DNA of 60,516 bases from Gemmatimonadota bacterium (GCA_041488455.1 JBGPPG010000005.1:1-60516), one strand, 5' to 3'; positions 27,370 through 36,020 are shown, counted from the first letter of the stretch. A program made the numbers and translations. The notes: a model not told the origin generated them from the letters alone.

Positions 27370-28029
27370 TTAGCGCAGCTCAAGCCGCCCTCGCGGTGTT
27401 TCCAGCGTCGCGATCAGCGCCGGGTCGGGCCCCACGCTAACCTCCAGATCCACGCCAAGCTGTAACAACTGCGCCCCAATTCGGTCACCGTCGGGGTGCT
27501 CCGCCCGGAGTCCGACGAGCGCGATTTCCCGGGGGCCCGCGCCGGCCGGGTGCGGGCTGGTGCCCCAGTCGATAAAGAACGGCACGACGCCGTCCCCGAC
27601 GACCGTGAGGGGGTCGGTGAGCTGCCAGGTCAGAATGGTTCCGTCAGGTCGATGCCGGCTCCCCGCGCGGACGGGGCCGAGCGACAGGCCCACCCGCTCG
27701 GCCGTGACGACCAACTCGTCCAGCCTAGTGCCCTTTGCGGCCCAGGTGGCGAGGCGAGGCGCGGCAAGCGTGTCGATGCCGAACCACCGGGGCCTGGGCG
27801 GAGAGGGCTGACTCGGGTCGGGGGCCACGATCTCGAGGTAGACGGCCGACCCCAGCGGGATGAGCGCGTTGCGGGTTCCTTCTCCCGGGTGCTGGCCTCC
27901 GGGTGTGGCGCGGACCCCGAGCCGCCGCTCCAGGTCGCTGACCGCGGCGTCCAGGGCCGGCGCCGCGTAGACGAGGTGGTCGACGCACCTAGGAGTCCGG
28001 CGCCACGACGGCGGCGGCGCAGGCATCAC
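27370..28029 (-). CDS. VOC/glyoxalase-like domain protein
   Basis: 219 aa. VDHLVYAAP...GTRNALIPLGSAVYLEIVAPDP pattern. Confidence 0.7.
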   Translation of the reverse strand: MMPAPPPSWRRTPRCVDHLVYAAPALDAAVSDLERRLGVRATPGGQHPGEGTRNALIPLGSAVYLEIVAPDPSQPSPPRPRWFGIDTLAAPRLATWAAKGTRLDELVVTAERVGLSLGPVRAGSRHRPDGTILTWQLTDPLTVVGDGVVPFFIDWGTSPHPAGAGPREIALVGLRAEHPDGDRIGAQLLQLGVDLEVSVGPDPALIATLETPRGRLELR

Positions 28030-28381
28030 AGATCCCGTGCGTGGTCCGGGCGTGGTGCTGGCGTGCGAGAAACTGCTCCATGCTCAACCACTGATCTCCC
28101 TCGCGGACTCGGCGGCACCAGGCGCACATCACGACCAACGACTCAAGATACAGAATCCGCCGGAACGCACTCCGGGTAACCGCGACGACCGCGGCGCCAA
28201 GCAGGATGGTCAGCAGGGACTCGAACGCACACTCGGCCAGCCTGGGCACGGAGTGAGGTGCGCCGAAGAGGAGGTGCGGCAGGTCGATGAGCTCGTCCAG
28301 CCAGAGGACGGTGGCGACGAGGAGGAAGGCCACGGCCTCCAACGCCAGGATGCGGCCGAATACGACGCGACGGACGACCAC
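27989..28381 (-). CDS. 2-TM membrane protein with C-terminal CxxC...CxxC motif
   Basis: Track ORF 27989..28513. GTG 28381 preferred (GGAGA 8 nt upstream, coding third-position GC begins there). C-terminus CAWCRRVREGDQW...THGICDAC. Confidence 0.55.
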   Translation of the reverse strand: MVVRRVVFGRILALEAVAFLLVATVLWLDELIDLPHLLFGAPHSVPRLAECAFESLLTILLGAAVVAVTRSAFRRILYLESLVVMCAWCRRVREGDQWLSMEQFLARQHHARTTHGICDACAAAVVAPDS

Positions 28382-28477
28382 GAGCTCATCTCCGGGAAGA
28401 GGCAGTCGGGAGCAGCGCCGCCATACGACATTACGGCCAGCCTGCCGCCGGTGCTGCCGGCCCGCGCCCGGCATCGG

Positions 28478-28521
28478 TTGACGCCCGGCCGAACGCGTAC
28501 TACATTTAACCATATGGTTAA
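28478..28521 (+). promoter_or_regulatory. sigma70-like promoter plus 16-bp palindromic operator of the ArsR gene (leaderless layout)
   Basis: TTGACG (28478-83), N17, TACATT (28501-06), then 7 nt to the A of ATG 28514. The perfect palindrome TTAACCATATGGTTAA (28506-28521) spans the -10 end and the start codon. Confidence 0.6.
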
Positions 28522-28846
28522 GTCATCGGCGCACGATCTCGACCTGGTGTTCCGCGCGTTGGCCGATCCCACCCGGCGGGTCATCCTCAAGGAGCTCGCG
28601 GGACGGGAGCGCACGGTGACCCAGGTCGCCAAACCGTTCCGCATGTCGCTGGTCGCGGTGTCGAAGCATCTCAAGGTGCTCGAGCGGGCCCGGCTCATCC
28701 GGCGCCGCAGGGACGGGAGCTTCCACTACCTGCGCCTCAACCCGGAGGCGCTCCAGTCAGCCGAACAGTGGCTCCGGCACTACGAGCAGTTCTGGCATCC
28801 GCGGCTCGACTCGCTCAAGCAGCTTCTTGAACAGGAGACATCATGA
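28514..28846 (+). CDS. ArsR/SmtB family transcriptional regulator
   Basis: 110 aa from ATG 28514 in track ORF 28037..28846. FRALADPTRRVILKEL...VSKHLKVLERARL wHTH. Confidence 0.85.
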   Translation: MVKSSAHDLDLVFRALADPTRRVILKELAGRERTVTQVAKPFRMSLVAVSKHLKVLERARLIRRRRDGSFHYLRLNPEALQSAEQWLRHYEQFWHPRLDSLKQLLEQETS

Positions 28847-29280
28847 CATCCGCTCAGGCACAGACGTCATTGCGCATGACCCGACTTATCAAGGCCCAGC
28901 GCGAGAAGGTCTTCGAGGCTTGGACCCGGCCGGAAATCGTCAAGCAGTGGATGGGCCCCGGCCCCGTCACTGTCACCAGGGTTGAGGCGGACGCGAGGGT
29001 CGGAGGCGGCTATCGCATCGAGATGGAGAATGCCGGCACGAAGTACGTCACGTTCGGCGAGTATCTCGAGGTCGTTCCCAACCGGAAGCTCGTCTTCACC
29101 TGGGGGTGGGAAGGCCCCAACCGCTACGAGACGCGGGTCACGGTCCTGGTCGAGGACAAGGCCGACGGCACCGAGCTGACCCTGATCCACGAGCGGTTCG
29201 CGAACGCGGAGGACATGGGGCGCCACGAGCACGGCTGGACGGGCAGTCTGGAGAAGCTGGCGGCGGCAGTCGAGCGGTAG
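28843..29280 (+). CDS. SRPBCC domain protein (AHSA1/Aha1-like)
   Basis: 145 aa. ATGA overlap with the ArsR stop. KVFEAWTRPEIVKQW...LVFTWGWEG pattern. Confidence 0.8.
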   Translation: MTSAQAQTSLRMTRLIKAQREKVFEAWTRPEIVKQWMGPGPVTVTRVEADARVGGGYRIEMENAGTKYVTFGEYLEVVPNRKLVFTWGWEGPNRYETRVTVLVEDKADGTELTLIHERFANAEDMGRHEHGWTGSLEKLAAAVER

Positions 29281-29286
29281 GAACGT

Positions 29287-29829
29287 TCAGGCCTGCGTCA
29301 GGGCGGCCAGCTTGAGGACCGTGTTCCAGTTCCGGCAGGTGCCACTGGTGCCGAGCTTCTTCTCGATCAGTGCGGACGTGAGGCGCGAGCGGCCGATCCC
29401 GTCAGGGTAGACGAGATAGGCCGCTCGCCCCTTAGCGCGAACGATCTCCCGCCCCCGGATGGCGTCCTGGAGCGCGTTCACGTCGGGGGCTGCTGGCGCG
29501 TCCTTCAGGCACATCACCAGCAGATGTCCCGGGTCGCGCTTGGCTTCGTCCGGGAACGGGTTGTTCTCCACGATCTCCTGCCACTCCGCGGCGCTCCGGA
29601 CGAAGAAGTCCGTCTCGAGGCCGAGCCGCTTCGCGGCCTCGGTCTCGAGCACGCGCTCCAGTGTTGCTCCACTGCGCGTGTCGCTGCGAAACACGAGATT
29701 GCCGCTCTGAAGCAGCGAGCGCGCGTCGCGGAATCCCAGTTCCGTCAGGAAGTCGCGCAGGTCAGGCATGGCGACCCGCTTGCTCCCGCCGACGTTGATG
29801 GCCCGGAGCAGGGCGATGTGGACCGTCAC
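29287..29829 (-). CDS. DUF1697 family protein
   Basis: 180 aa from GTG 29829 (GTGA overlap). ALLRAINVGGSKRVAMPDLR signature. Confidence 0.75.
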   Translation of the reverse strand: MTVHIALLRAINVGGSKRVAMPDLRDFLTELGFRDARSLLQSGNLVFRSDTRSGATLERVLETEAAKRLGLETDFFVRSAAEWQEIVENNPFPDEAKRDPGHLLVMCLKDAPAAPDVNALQDAIRGREIVRAKGRAAYLVYPDGIGRSRLTSALIEKKLGTSGTCRNWNTVLKLAALTQA

Positions 29830-30350
29830 GGCGCGCCGGCTGCGGTGGGTCTTGAGCCCGATCTCTGGACCGCAACCCAGATCTCCAGTCCTCCACCGTC
29901 GGCGTCGTAGACCTCGATGTCGGCGGTGTAGGCACGCTTGGGTGCGCCCGGCCGGGCGAAGAACTCCCACACCCGGCCCCAGCCCTCCACTACCACGCCG
30001 GGCAGCGGTCCGCGACAGCGAAAGACGAGATAGTCGCCCCCGGGGACCTCCGCGATCTCGATGGGCGACGCGTGCGTTCCCGGCGTGGCGACCCCGCGCC
30101 CCACGAGCAGCCGGTACCCCCCGGACACGTCGCTCTCGTAATCGGAGTACACGGCGAGCAGCGGACCCTCCGCCCCCAAGCGCCCCAGCCGCCCGAACCA
30201 GTCCTCGCCAACGACGCGGCCCCAGAGGCCCGGGATCCGCGCCTTATCACGCTCGCCTTCCTCGGCGTTCGTGGTTCGGATCGCGAGGCCCGCCACTCGG
30301 CGGGTCCGGCCGCGTCGTGCCTCGGGCGGCTCGAAGCTCGTTCCCGTCAT
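29826..30350 (-). CDS. GyrI-like small-molecule-binding domain protein
   Basis: 174 aa. GLAIRTTNAEE...IPGLWGRV...YSDYESD...GYRLLVG pattern. Confidence 0.7.
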   Translation of the reverse strand: MTGTSFEPPEARRGRTRRVAGLAIRTTNAEEGERDKARIPGLWGRVVGEDWFGRLGRLGAEGPLLAVYSDYESDVSGGYRLLVGRGVATPGTHASPIEIAEVPGGDYLVFRCRGPLPGVVVEGWGRVWEFFARPGAPKRAYTADIEVYDADGGGLEIWVAVQRSGSRPTAAGAP

Positions 30351-30375
30351 CGCTTCGTCGGCATCGCGGGCCGCT

Positions 30376-30777
30376 CTAGATGCCGCCCGGGGGCGGCTGC
30401 CACAGCTCGAAGCGATTGCCCTCCGGATCGGTCGCCCAGCCGAAGCGCCCGAACTCGGACTCCTCGATCCGGTCGTCCACCGGCGTGCCGGCCGCCTCGA
30501 GCTGCGCCAGCATCGCGTCGAGATCGGCGACCCGGTAGTTGATCATGAAGCCGGCCGTTCCCGGGCCGAAATAGCCCGTCTCCGTGGGGAATGCCGACCA
30601 CACGGTTTGTGCGGGCGCTCCCGTGGCGTCCGGGCCCCGCGCGGTGAAGAGCGCATGGGTCTCCCCGTCCGGCGCGGGCACGCCGAGGTGCGCGCGATAC
30701 CAGGCGGCCAGCGCGCCGGGATCCCGGGCCTTGAAGAACACACCGCCGATCCCGGTGACCTGTTGCTCGTCGCTCAT
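30376..30777 (-). CDS. VOC/glyoxalase family protein
   Basis: 133 aa. GIGGVFFKARDPGALAAWY...DPEGNRFELWQP. Confidence 0.8.
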   Translation of the reverse strand: MSDEQQVTGIGGVFFKARDPGALAAWYRAHLGVPAPDGETHALFTARGPDATGAPAQTVWSAFPTETGYFGPGTAGFMINYRVADLDAMLAQLEAAGTPVDDRIEESEFGRFGWATDPEGNRFELWQPPPGGI

Positions 30778-30832
30778 TGTGAATACCTGGCTGCGCGATG
30801 CCCGGGATCCACCGCCGGCGCACGTGCGCTGG

Positions 30833-31108
30833 TCATTTCGACAGCCTCCAGAGGATCAGGAGCGCCACCGCCGCCGGCACCGCGAAAACGACGGCGAAGG
30901 TCGGGGCCTCTTCGGCGACCGAGTAGCCGGCCTTGGAGACGCCGATCCACATGTTGATCCCGGCCCCGACGAGCCACAGCGGGATGAAGATCCTGGCCGC
31001 CCTGGCCATTCCCGCGACCGGATCGGGGTCGCCCAGCCAGGGCCCGATGAGCAGGCACAGGCCGAGAAGAACGAAACCGCCCGCGATGACCTTGATCGTA
31101 TGCATCAA
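30833..31108 (-). CDS. membrane protein, hypothetical
   Basis: 91 aa, three TM helices. Confidence 0.55.
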   Translation of the reverse strand: MMHTIKVIAGGFVLLGLCLLIGPWLGDPDPVAGMARAARIFIPLWLVGAGINMWIGVSKAGYSVAEEAPTFAVVFAVPAAVALLILWRLSK

Positions 31109-31123
31109 GTCACTCTCGCTGCG

Positions 31124-31522
31124 TCACCTGAGACCCGAGACCACAATGGCGTCGCCGTCTTTCGTCAGCTCGATCCACGCATGCTCGCCCGCATGCTTGT
31201 GGATGAGAAGCGTCTGCGGCACGCCCACGTAGTTGAGATGGTACGTCGTGGTGTGGCTGCCGGAGCTCGGGCCTCCAATGGAATCCTGGCACCACACCAG
31301 CAAGGCCGACTCCTGACTCAGCTGAAGGGTGTAGTCGCCGGGGCAGCCCTCCGGAGTCGCCTCGGGGACGTGCTCGACGGTGAGCGTGCGCTCGGTGGAG
31401 GCCCGTAGCCGCTTGGCGCCTCCCTCGAGATCATAGGCCACGCGGGTCGCCGCGTCGGTGAAGGCCCCGCAGGCGGCCGTTGCGCTCAGGGCGAGAAGAT
31501 ACCGGCGAAACCGTCGGGTCAT
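31124..31522 (-). CDS. lipoprotein, hypothetical
   Basis: 132 aa. Signal with SATAAC lipobox-like site. Confidence 0.55.
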   Translation of the reverse strand: MTRRFRRYLLALSATAACGAFTDAATRVAYDLEGGAKRLRASTERTLTVEHVPEATPEGCPGDYTLQLSQESALLVWCQDSIGGPSSGSHTTTYHLNYVGVPQTLLIHKHAGEHAWIELTKDGDAIVVSGLR

Positions 31523-31540
31523 AGCGGCTCCCGCGGACGG

Positions 31541-32005
31541 TCAGGCGCCGTGGCCGGCACCCGCGTGGTGATCCCGCCGCTGAAAAGCCAGGAACTCGTG
31601 GATCGCGCGGACGGCCGCCGTGTCCGCGCTTGAGAGGCGAACCGCGGCCCCCCGAGGCAACACCTCGACGCGGTACGTGATCACGTCGCGCTTGGCGGCC
31701 ATCACCGCGGTGCCCGGGACGTCCTGGGCATGCACGAAGCCGGGGAGCGAGAAGTCGCCCGCGCCGAAGGCCGCGGCGATGTGACGCATGTGCTGCCGGA
31801 TCTGTTCGGTGCCCGCACTGTCGGCCTGATCCCGCTGTAATTCGATGCGACCGCCATCGGCGAGCGGCTCGAAGATGTGGGTGGACGTGTACTGGTCCAC
31901 GCCCATCGCTTGCCCGCCTCGGGACTGAAGCCCCGCGAAGCGGCTATCGCCGCGACCGCACGCGGCCGCGAGCACGAGAAGGGTGGATAATGCGATCACG
32001 CGCAT
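31541..32005 (-). CDS. lipoprotein, hypothetical
   Basis: 154 aa. LAAAC lipobox and His-rich C-terminus. Confidence 0.55.
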   Translation of the reverse strand: MRVIALSTLLVLAAACGRGDSRFAGLQSRGGQAMGVDQYTSTHIFEPLADGGRIELQRDQADSAGTEQIRQHMRHIAAAFGAGDFSLPGFVHAQDVPGTAVMAAKRDVITYRVEVLPRGAAVRLSSADTAAVRAIHEFLAFQRRDHHAGAGHGA

Positions 32006-32050
32006 GCCAGATCTTACATCCGCCAGCCGTGGCCCGGCAGCCGCACCGGC

Positions 32051-32392
32051 TCAGCGCACATCCACCGTGTCGATCACCGGGGACGTCTGGATAGTGTGCT
32101 CGAAGGTGATGATCGCGCGCCCCGGCGCGACAGCCAGGAAGTGAAACAACTGGGTTTCGCCGGCGGGGACCGCCGGAGTGACCAGCTCGACGCTGCGGAA
32201 CCGAACCGCGCCGGAGGAGATCGTCGGTGGCGCCCGGTACTCGCCGGGGCCGATGTTCTGGAGCCGGAGGTCGAGTCCCTGCCCGAGGACGACCGAAAAC
32301 GTGCGGCCTGGAATAGCGCTGACACCGGTGGGCGTATCGCCGCACCCCGCGAGCAGCAGCACTGCCGCGGCCAGGGCGCCGGCGGTCGGCAA
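32051..32392 (-). CDS. lipoprotein, hypothetical
   Basis: 113 aa. LLAGC lipobox. Confidence 0.55.
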   Translation of the reverse strand: MPTAGALAAAVLLLAGCGDTPTGVSAIPGRTFSVVLGQGLDLRLQNIGPGEYRAPPTISSGAVRFRSVELVTPAVPAGETQLFHFLAVAPGRAIITFEHTIQTSPVIDTVDVR

Positions 32393-33136
32393 TCAGACCG
32401 CCCGGACGAGCCCGCCGTCCACGAGCAGGCTCGCCCCAGTGACGTAGCTCGCGTCGCTCGACACGAGGAAGGCGGCGGCGCGGGCCACCTCATCCGCCGT
32501 CCCCGGGCGGCCCGCCGGAATTCTGGCCATGGCTTCCGCATCCACCGGGTACGTGTCGATCCATCCGGGCAGAAGATTGTTCATCCTGAGTCCGCGGCCG
32601 GCATACTGCTGGCTGTACAGCTTCGCGAAATTGCCGAGGGCCGACCGGAGCGTCGCCGAGACCGGGTGGCGGAGTCCCGGCTCCACGGCCGCGAAGCTGG
32701 AGATGTTGACGAATGCGCCACCGCCCCCGGCCAGCATCAATGGCGTGGCGAGCCGCGCCATGCGGACCACGCTCAGGAGCAGAAGATCGATCCCCTCCTG
32801 CCACTCCGCGTCGGTGAGGCTCAGGAGATCGCCCTTGGGGGCGTGCCCCGTGTTGTTGATCACCGCGTCCAACCGTCCGAACCGCGACCGCGCCGTCTCG
32901 ATCACGCGGGCCAGATCGTCGGCTACGGCGACCGATCCGCGGACGGGCATGCCGCCGAGCTCCGCTGCGAGCGCTTCAACGTCGGCCGACCGCGCCATCA
33001 GGATGAGACGGAAGCCGCGGCGGCCCAGCTCGCGGGCGCAGGCGGCACCCATTCCGCGGCTGGCCGCAGTCACGACCGCTACCGGACCATCGCGAGCGGA
33101 CGCGGCGGCGGTCAGGCGGCGGCCCCGCGCTCGCAA
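32393..33136 (-). CDS. SDR family oxidoreductase
   Basis: 247 aa, TTG start. VVTAASRGMG, NNTG and C-terminal YVTGASLLVDGG. Confidence 0.8.
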   Translation of the reverse strand: MRARGRRLTAAASARDGPVAVVTAASRGMGAACARELGRRGFRLILMARSADVEALAAELGGMPVRGSVAVADDLARVIETARSRFGRLDAVINNTGHAPKGDLLSLTDAEWQEGIDLLLLSVVRMARLATPLMLAGGGGAFVNISSFAAVEPGLRHPVSATLRSALGNFAKLYSQQYAGRGLRMNNLLPGWIDTYPVDAEAMARIPAGRPGTADEVARAAAFLVSSDASYVTGASLLVDGGLVRAV

Positions 33137-33318
33137 TACGCCGTCACCGAGTCCATGTGTCCCTCGAGCGCCTTGATGGCACGCGCGCGGCGATGCTTCT
33201 CGAAACGACCCAGCGGGACACGTTGCCTCCCGGTCACGGTTGAGCTGAGCCTTCGACGGTGAAAGTATCCGGACTCCACCGCCGCGCCAGGGTCGGTCAA
33301 GATGCGGGCATGCTCCAC
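33112..33318 (-). CDS. small hypothetical ORF (weak)
   Basis: 68 aa, third-position GC about 76 percent, no recognisable family. It fills an otherwise empty gap. Confidence 0.3.
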   Translation of the reverse strand: MEHARILTDPGAAVESGYFHRRRLSSTVTGRQRVPLGRFEKHRRARAIKALEGHMDSVTAYCERGAAA

Positions 33319-33569
33319 ATCTCGCGGACCTCGCTCTCGCCCCCGCGCACCACCGAGAGGAAGCGCTTCGTCAGCTCGATCGCTTCTGCTTTCGACTTCG
33401 CCTCGAGGATCGCGTAGCCGCCGACCAGCTCCTTCGTCTCGGCGTCGATCAGGATGCCGGCCTTGGTCATCTCCTCGATCAGCCGGCCCATGTCGGCCAT
33501 CTCCCGCTCGTTGGGCGGCGGGCCCCCATCTGCGCCCGGCTTGTACAGCGTCAGGAAGCGCATGGTCAT
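33297..33569 (-). CDS. YciI/DGPF-like protein, shortened paralog (internal in-frame deletion)
   Basis: 90 aa. Aligns with the next paralog at both ends, but ...KAGILID joins directly to AETKELVGGY. About 27 residues including the DGPF motif are missing. Confidence 0.6.
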   Translation of the reverse strand: MTMRFLTLYKPGADGGPPPNEREMADMGRLIEEMTKAGILIDAETKELVGGYAILEAKSKAEAIELTKRFLSVVRGGESEVREMWSMPAS

Positions 33570-33997
33570 TTCCCCCGTTTGGCGGCCACCTGCGCGCGCA
33601 TCCGCTCCTCCGCCTCCCGGAGCTCGGGCGTGAACCCCTCCCCGAGATCCTCCGCCTCGAACACCTGGCGGATCTCGATCTCGGAATCCCCGGCCAGCGG
33701 ATTGGGGCAGCGCTTGATCAACTCGATCACCTCTTCCTTGGACTTGGCCTGAAGCAGCCAGAAGCCCGCGATCAGCTCCTTGGTTTCCGCGAAGGGCCCG
33801 TCGATGACGGTCCGCTTCGTGCCGGAGAACTTGACGCGCGCGCCCTTCGAGCTCGGCTGGAGCCCCTCGGCGCCGAGCAGCATGCCGGCCCTCATCAGCT
33901 CTTCGTTGAACTTCCCCATCTCGGTCAGCAGCTCCTCGCTCGGGAGGACGCCTGCCTCGGTGTCCTTGTCGGCCTTCACCATGGCCACGAATCGCAT
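33566..33997 (-). CDS. YciI-like DGPF domain protein
   Basis: 143 aa from ATG 33997 (AAGGAGA 7 nt upstream). VIDGPFAETKELIAGFWLLQAKS motif. Confidence 0.8.
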   Translation of the reverse strand: MRFVAMVKADKDTEAGVLPSEELLTEMGKFNEELMRAGMLLGAEGLQPSSKGARVKFSGTKRTVIDGPFAETKELIAGFWLLQAKSKEEVIELIKRCPNPLAGDSEIEIRQVFEAEDLGEGFTPELREAEERMRAQVAAKRGK

Positions 33998-34075
33998 GGG
34001 ATCGTCTCCTTCAGGCATCGGGTTCGGAGCCGGCCGCCGGGTGATCCCCGCGGCTGGCCTTGGCTCTACACAATT

Positions 34076-34102
34076 GTCGAATGAGGGGCGGTGAAATCGA
34101 CA
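34076..34102 (-). promoter_or_regulatory. ECF-type promoter candidate TGTCGATTT-N14-CGAC upstream of the DGPF gene
   Basis: Coding-strand sequence TGTCGATTTCACCGCCCCTCATTCGAC. It has the same architecture and the same 9-mer as the site at 35985-36011. Confidence 0.55.
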
Positions 34103-34115
34103 GGCGGGCGAACCT

Positions 34116-34475
34116 TCACTTCTCCGGGGGCATCCCCGGGATGTCTATGACGGGGCGGACCTCGATGGTCCCCCGGCGTGCGATGGGGATCTGCGCCGCG
34201 ATAGCGATCGCCTCATCCAGGTCCCCGGCCTCAATGAGGAAATAGCCACCCAGCTGCTCGTGCGTCTCCGCAAACGGACCGTCGGTCACGAGTCGCTTGC
34301 CGCCCCGGACCCGGACGCTCGTCGCCGTCGCTGTAAGATGCAGCGGAGCGGCGGCGAGATATCGGCCGGCCTGCTCCAGCTGGTGCGCGAGCTGCGTGGA
34401 CTCCTGGTAGCATTGCTCCCGCTCGGCCTCGTCCAGGACCTGCTCGTCCAGGTAGATCAGCAGCATGTATCGCAC
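34116..34475 (-). CDS. YciI family (DGPF) protein
   Basis: 119 aa. MRYMLLIY...VTDGPFAETHEQLGGYFLIEA...IEVRPV. Confidence 0.85.
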   Translation of the reverse strand: MRYMLLIYLDEQVLDEAEREQCYQESTQLAHQLEQAGRYLAAAPLHLTATATSVRVRGGKRLVTDGPFAETHEQLGGYFLIEAGDLDEAIAIAAQIPIARRGTIEVRPVIDIPGMPPEK

Positions 34476-34499
34476 GCGTGTGCCTCCATTCCAGTCCGG

Positions 34500-34796
34500 C
34501 TAGCCGCCGGCCATGGCCCCCACGACGAGGAAGGGCTCGGCCCCCGTCTCCACCGCGCCGGGCAACGGCGCATCCGGCGGCTCATGGGACAGATCCTGCC
34601 CGCAGGCGAAGAACCTCACGAACGGCCTGCGCCTGAGGGTGCCATGGTCGCGGATCGTCCCGCGCAGCACCGGAAATGCGGCTTCCATGGCGTCGAGGAC
34701 CGTGCGCTGCGTCACCGGACCCTCGACCTGGAGCTGCACCTCGCCCTCGAGGTGCGCCAGCCTCCGCAGATGCTCGGGCAGCACCACGCGGATCAT
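34500..34796 (-). CDS. MoaD/ThiS-like beta-grasp protein ending in Gly-Gly
   Basis: 98 aa. Pattern [14 protein letters not shown]...; C-terminus ...VVGAMAGG*. Start overlaps the upstream stop (ATGA). Confidence 0.7.
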   Translation of the reverse strand: MIRVVLPEHLRRLAHLEGEVQLQVEGPVTQRTVLDAMEAAFPVLRGTIRDHGTLRRRPFVRFFACGQDLSHEPPDAPLPGAVETGAEPFLVVGAMAGG

Positions 34797-35914
34797 GACA
34801 GCGTCTGGACCTCGACGGAAAGGACGGCCGGAAAGTCGCGGACGATGGGGGCCCAGGTGTCACCGGCGTCGGCCGTCGCGTACACCTGCCCGCCGGTGGT
34901 ACCGAAGTAGAGGCCGCAGGAGTCGAGCGAATCCACGGCCATCGCGTCGCGCAGCACGTTCACGTAGCAGTCGCGTTGCGGCAGCCCGTGGGTGAGCGGC
35001 TCCCACTCGTCACCGCCCGACCGGCTGCGGTACACGCGCAGCTTGCCCTCGGGCGGGTAGTGCTCCGAGTCGCTCTTGATCGGGACGACGTAGATGGTGT
35101 CCGGCTCGTGCGCGTGCACCGCGATCGGGAAGCCGAAGTCGGTCGGGAGGTTCCCGCTCACCTCGCGCCACGACTCGCCGGCGTTGTCGCTGCGCATGAC
35201 ATCCCAGTGCTTCTGCATGAACAGCACGCCCGGGCGCGACGGGTGCATCGCGATGCGGTGGACGCAGTGACCGACCTCCGCGGTCGGGTCGGGCAGCTCG
35301 TGCGGGGACTTGAGGCCCCGGTTCGCCGGCCGCCACGTCTTGCCGGCGTCGTCAGTTCGGAACACGCCCGCGGCCGAGATGGCGACGAAGATCCGCTTCG
35401 GGTCGCGCGGGTCCAGCACGATCGTGTGCAAACCCATCCCGCCAGCGCCTGGCTGCCAGAGGTGTCCCTTCGCGGCCCGCAGCCCGGGAAGCTCCTCCCA
35501 CGTCTGCCCCCCGTCCACCGAGCGAAAGAGCGCTGCGTCCTCCACCCCCGCATAGACGGTATCGGGATCCGTGAGCGATGGCTCGAGATGCCAGACGCGC
35601 TTGAACTCCCAGGGGTGCTGGGTGCCGTCGTACCACTGGTGGGTGCCGGGGACCCCGTCGTACGCGAACTTATTGCCGACCGGCTCCCAGGTCTTGCCCC
35701 CGTCGTTGGAGCGCTGGATCAGCTGGCCGAACCAGCCGCTGGTCTGCGACGCGTACAACCGGTCGGGGTCCGCGGGCGAGCCCTGGAGGTGGTAGATCTC
35801 CCACCCCGCGAAGTGGGGGCCACTGATGTCCCACCGCTTGCGCTTCGCGTCCGCCGTCAGGACGAACGCCCCCTTGCGGGTGCCAACCAGCAACCGTACT
35901 CGGCTCATCCCCAT
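34793..35914 (-). CDS. BNR/Asp-box repeat beta-propeller protein (sialidase-fold, function unknown)
   Basis: 373 aa. Repeated SxDxGxTW boxes ([45 protein letters not shown]). Confidence 0.8.
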   Translation of the reverse strand: MGMSRVRLLVGTRKGAFVLTADAKRKRWDISGPHFAGWEIYHLQGSPADPDRLYASQTSGWFGQLIQRSNDGGKTWEPVGNKFAYDGVPGTHQWYDGTQHPWEFKRVWHLEPSLTDPDTVYAGVEDAALFRSVDGGQTWEELPGLRAAKGHLWQPGAGGMGLHTIVLDPRDPKRIFVAISAAGVFRTDDAGKTWRPANRGLKSPHELPDPTAEVGHCVHRIAMHPSRPGVLFMQKHWDVMRSDNAGESWREVSGNLPTDFGFPIAVHAHEPDTIYVVPIKSDSEHYPPEGKLRVYRSRSGGDEWEPLTHGLPQRDCYVNVLRDAMAVDSLDSCGLYFGTTGGQVYATADAGDTWAPIVRDFPAVLSVEVQTLS

Positions 35915-35984
35915 CTCCTTCCTCTAGTTCCGGCCCTTCTTCCCGACTCGATGCCGGGCTCCCGAACGGCTGTTATGAGAGGTA

Positions 35985-36011
35985 GTCGTTCGGCGGCGCT
36001 TCAAATCGACA
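35985..36011 (-). promoter_or_regulatory. ECF-type promoter candidate TGTCGATTT-N14-CGAC upstream of the BNR gene
   Basis: Coding-strand sequence TGTCGATTTGAAGCGCCGCCGAACGAC, about 70 nt upstream of ATG 35914. Confidence 0.55.
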
Positions 36012-36020
36012 ACGGTCCTG

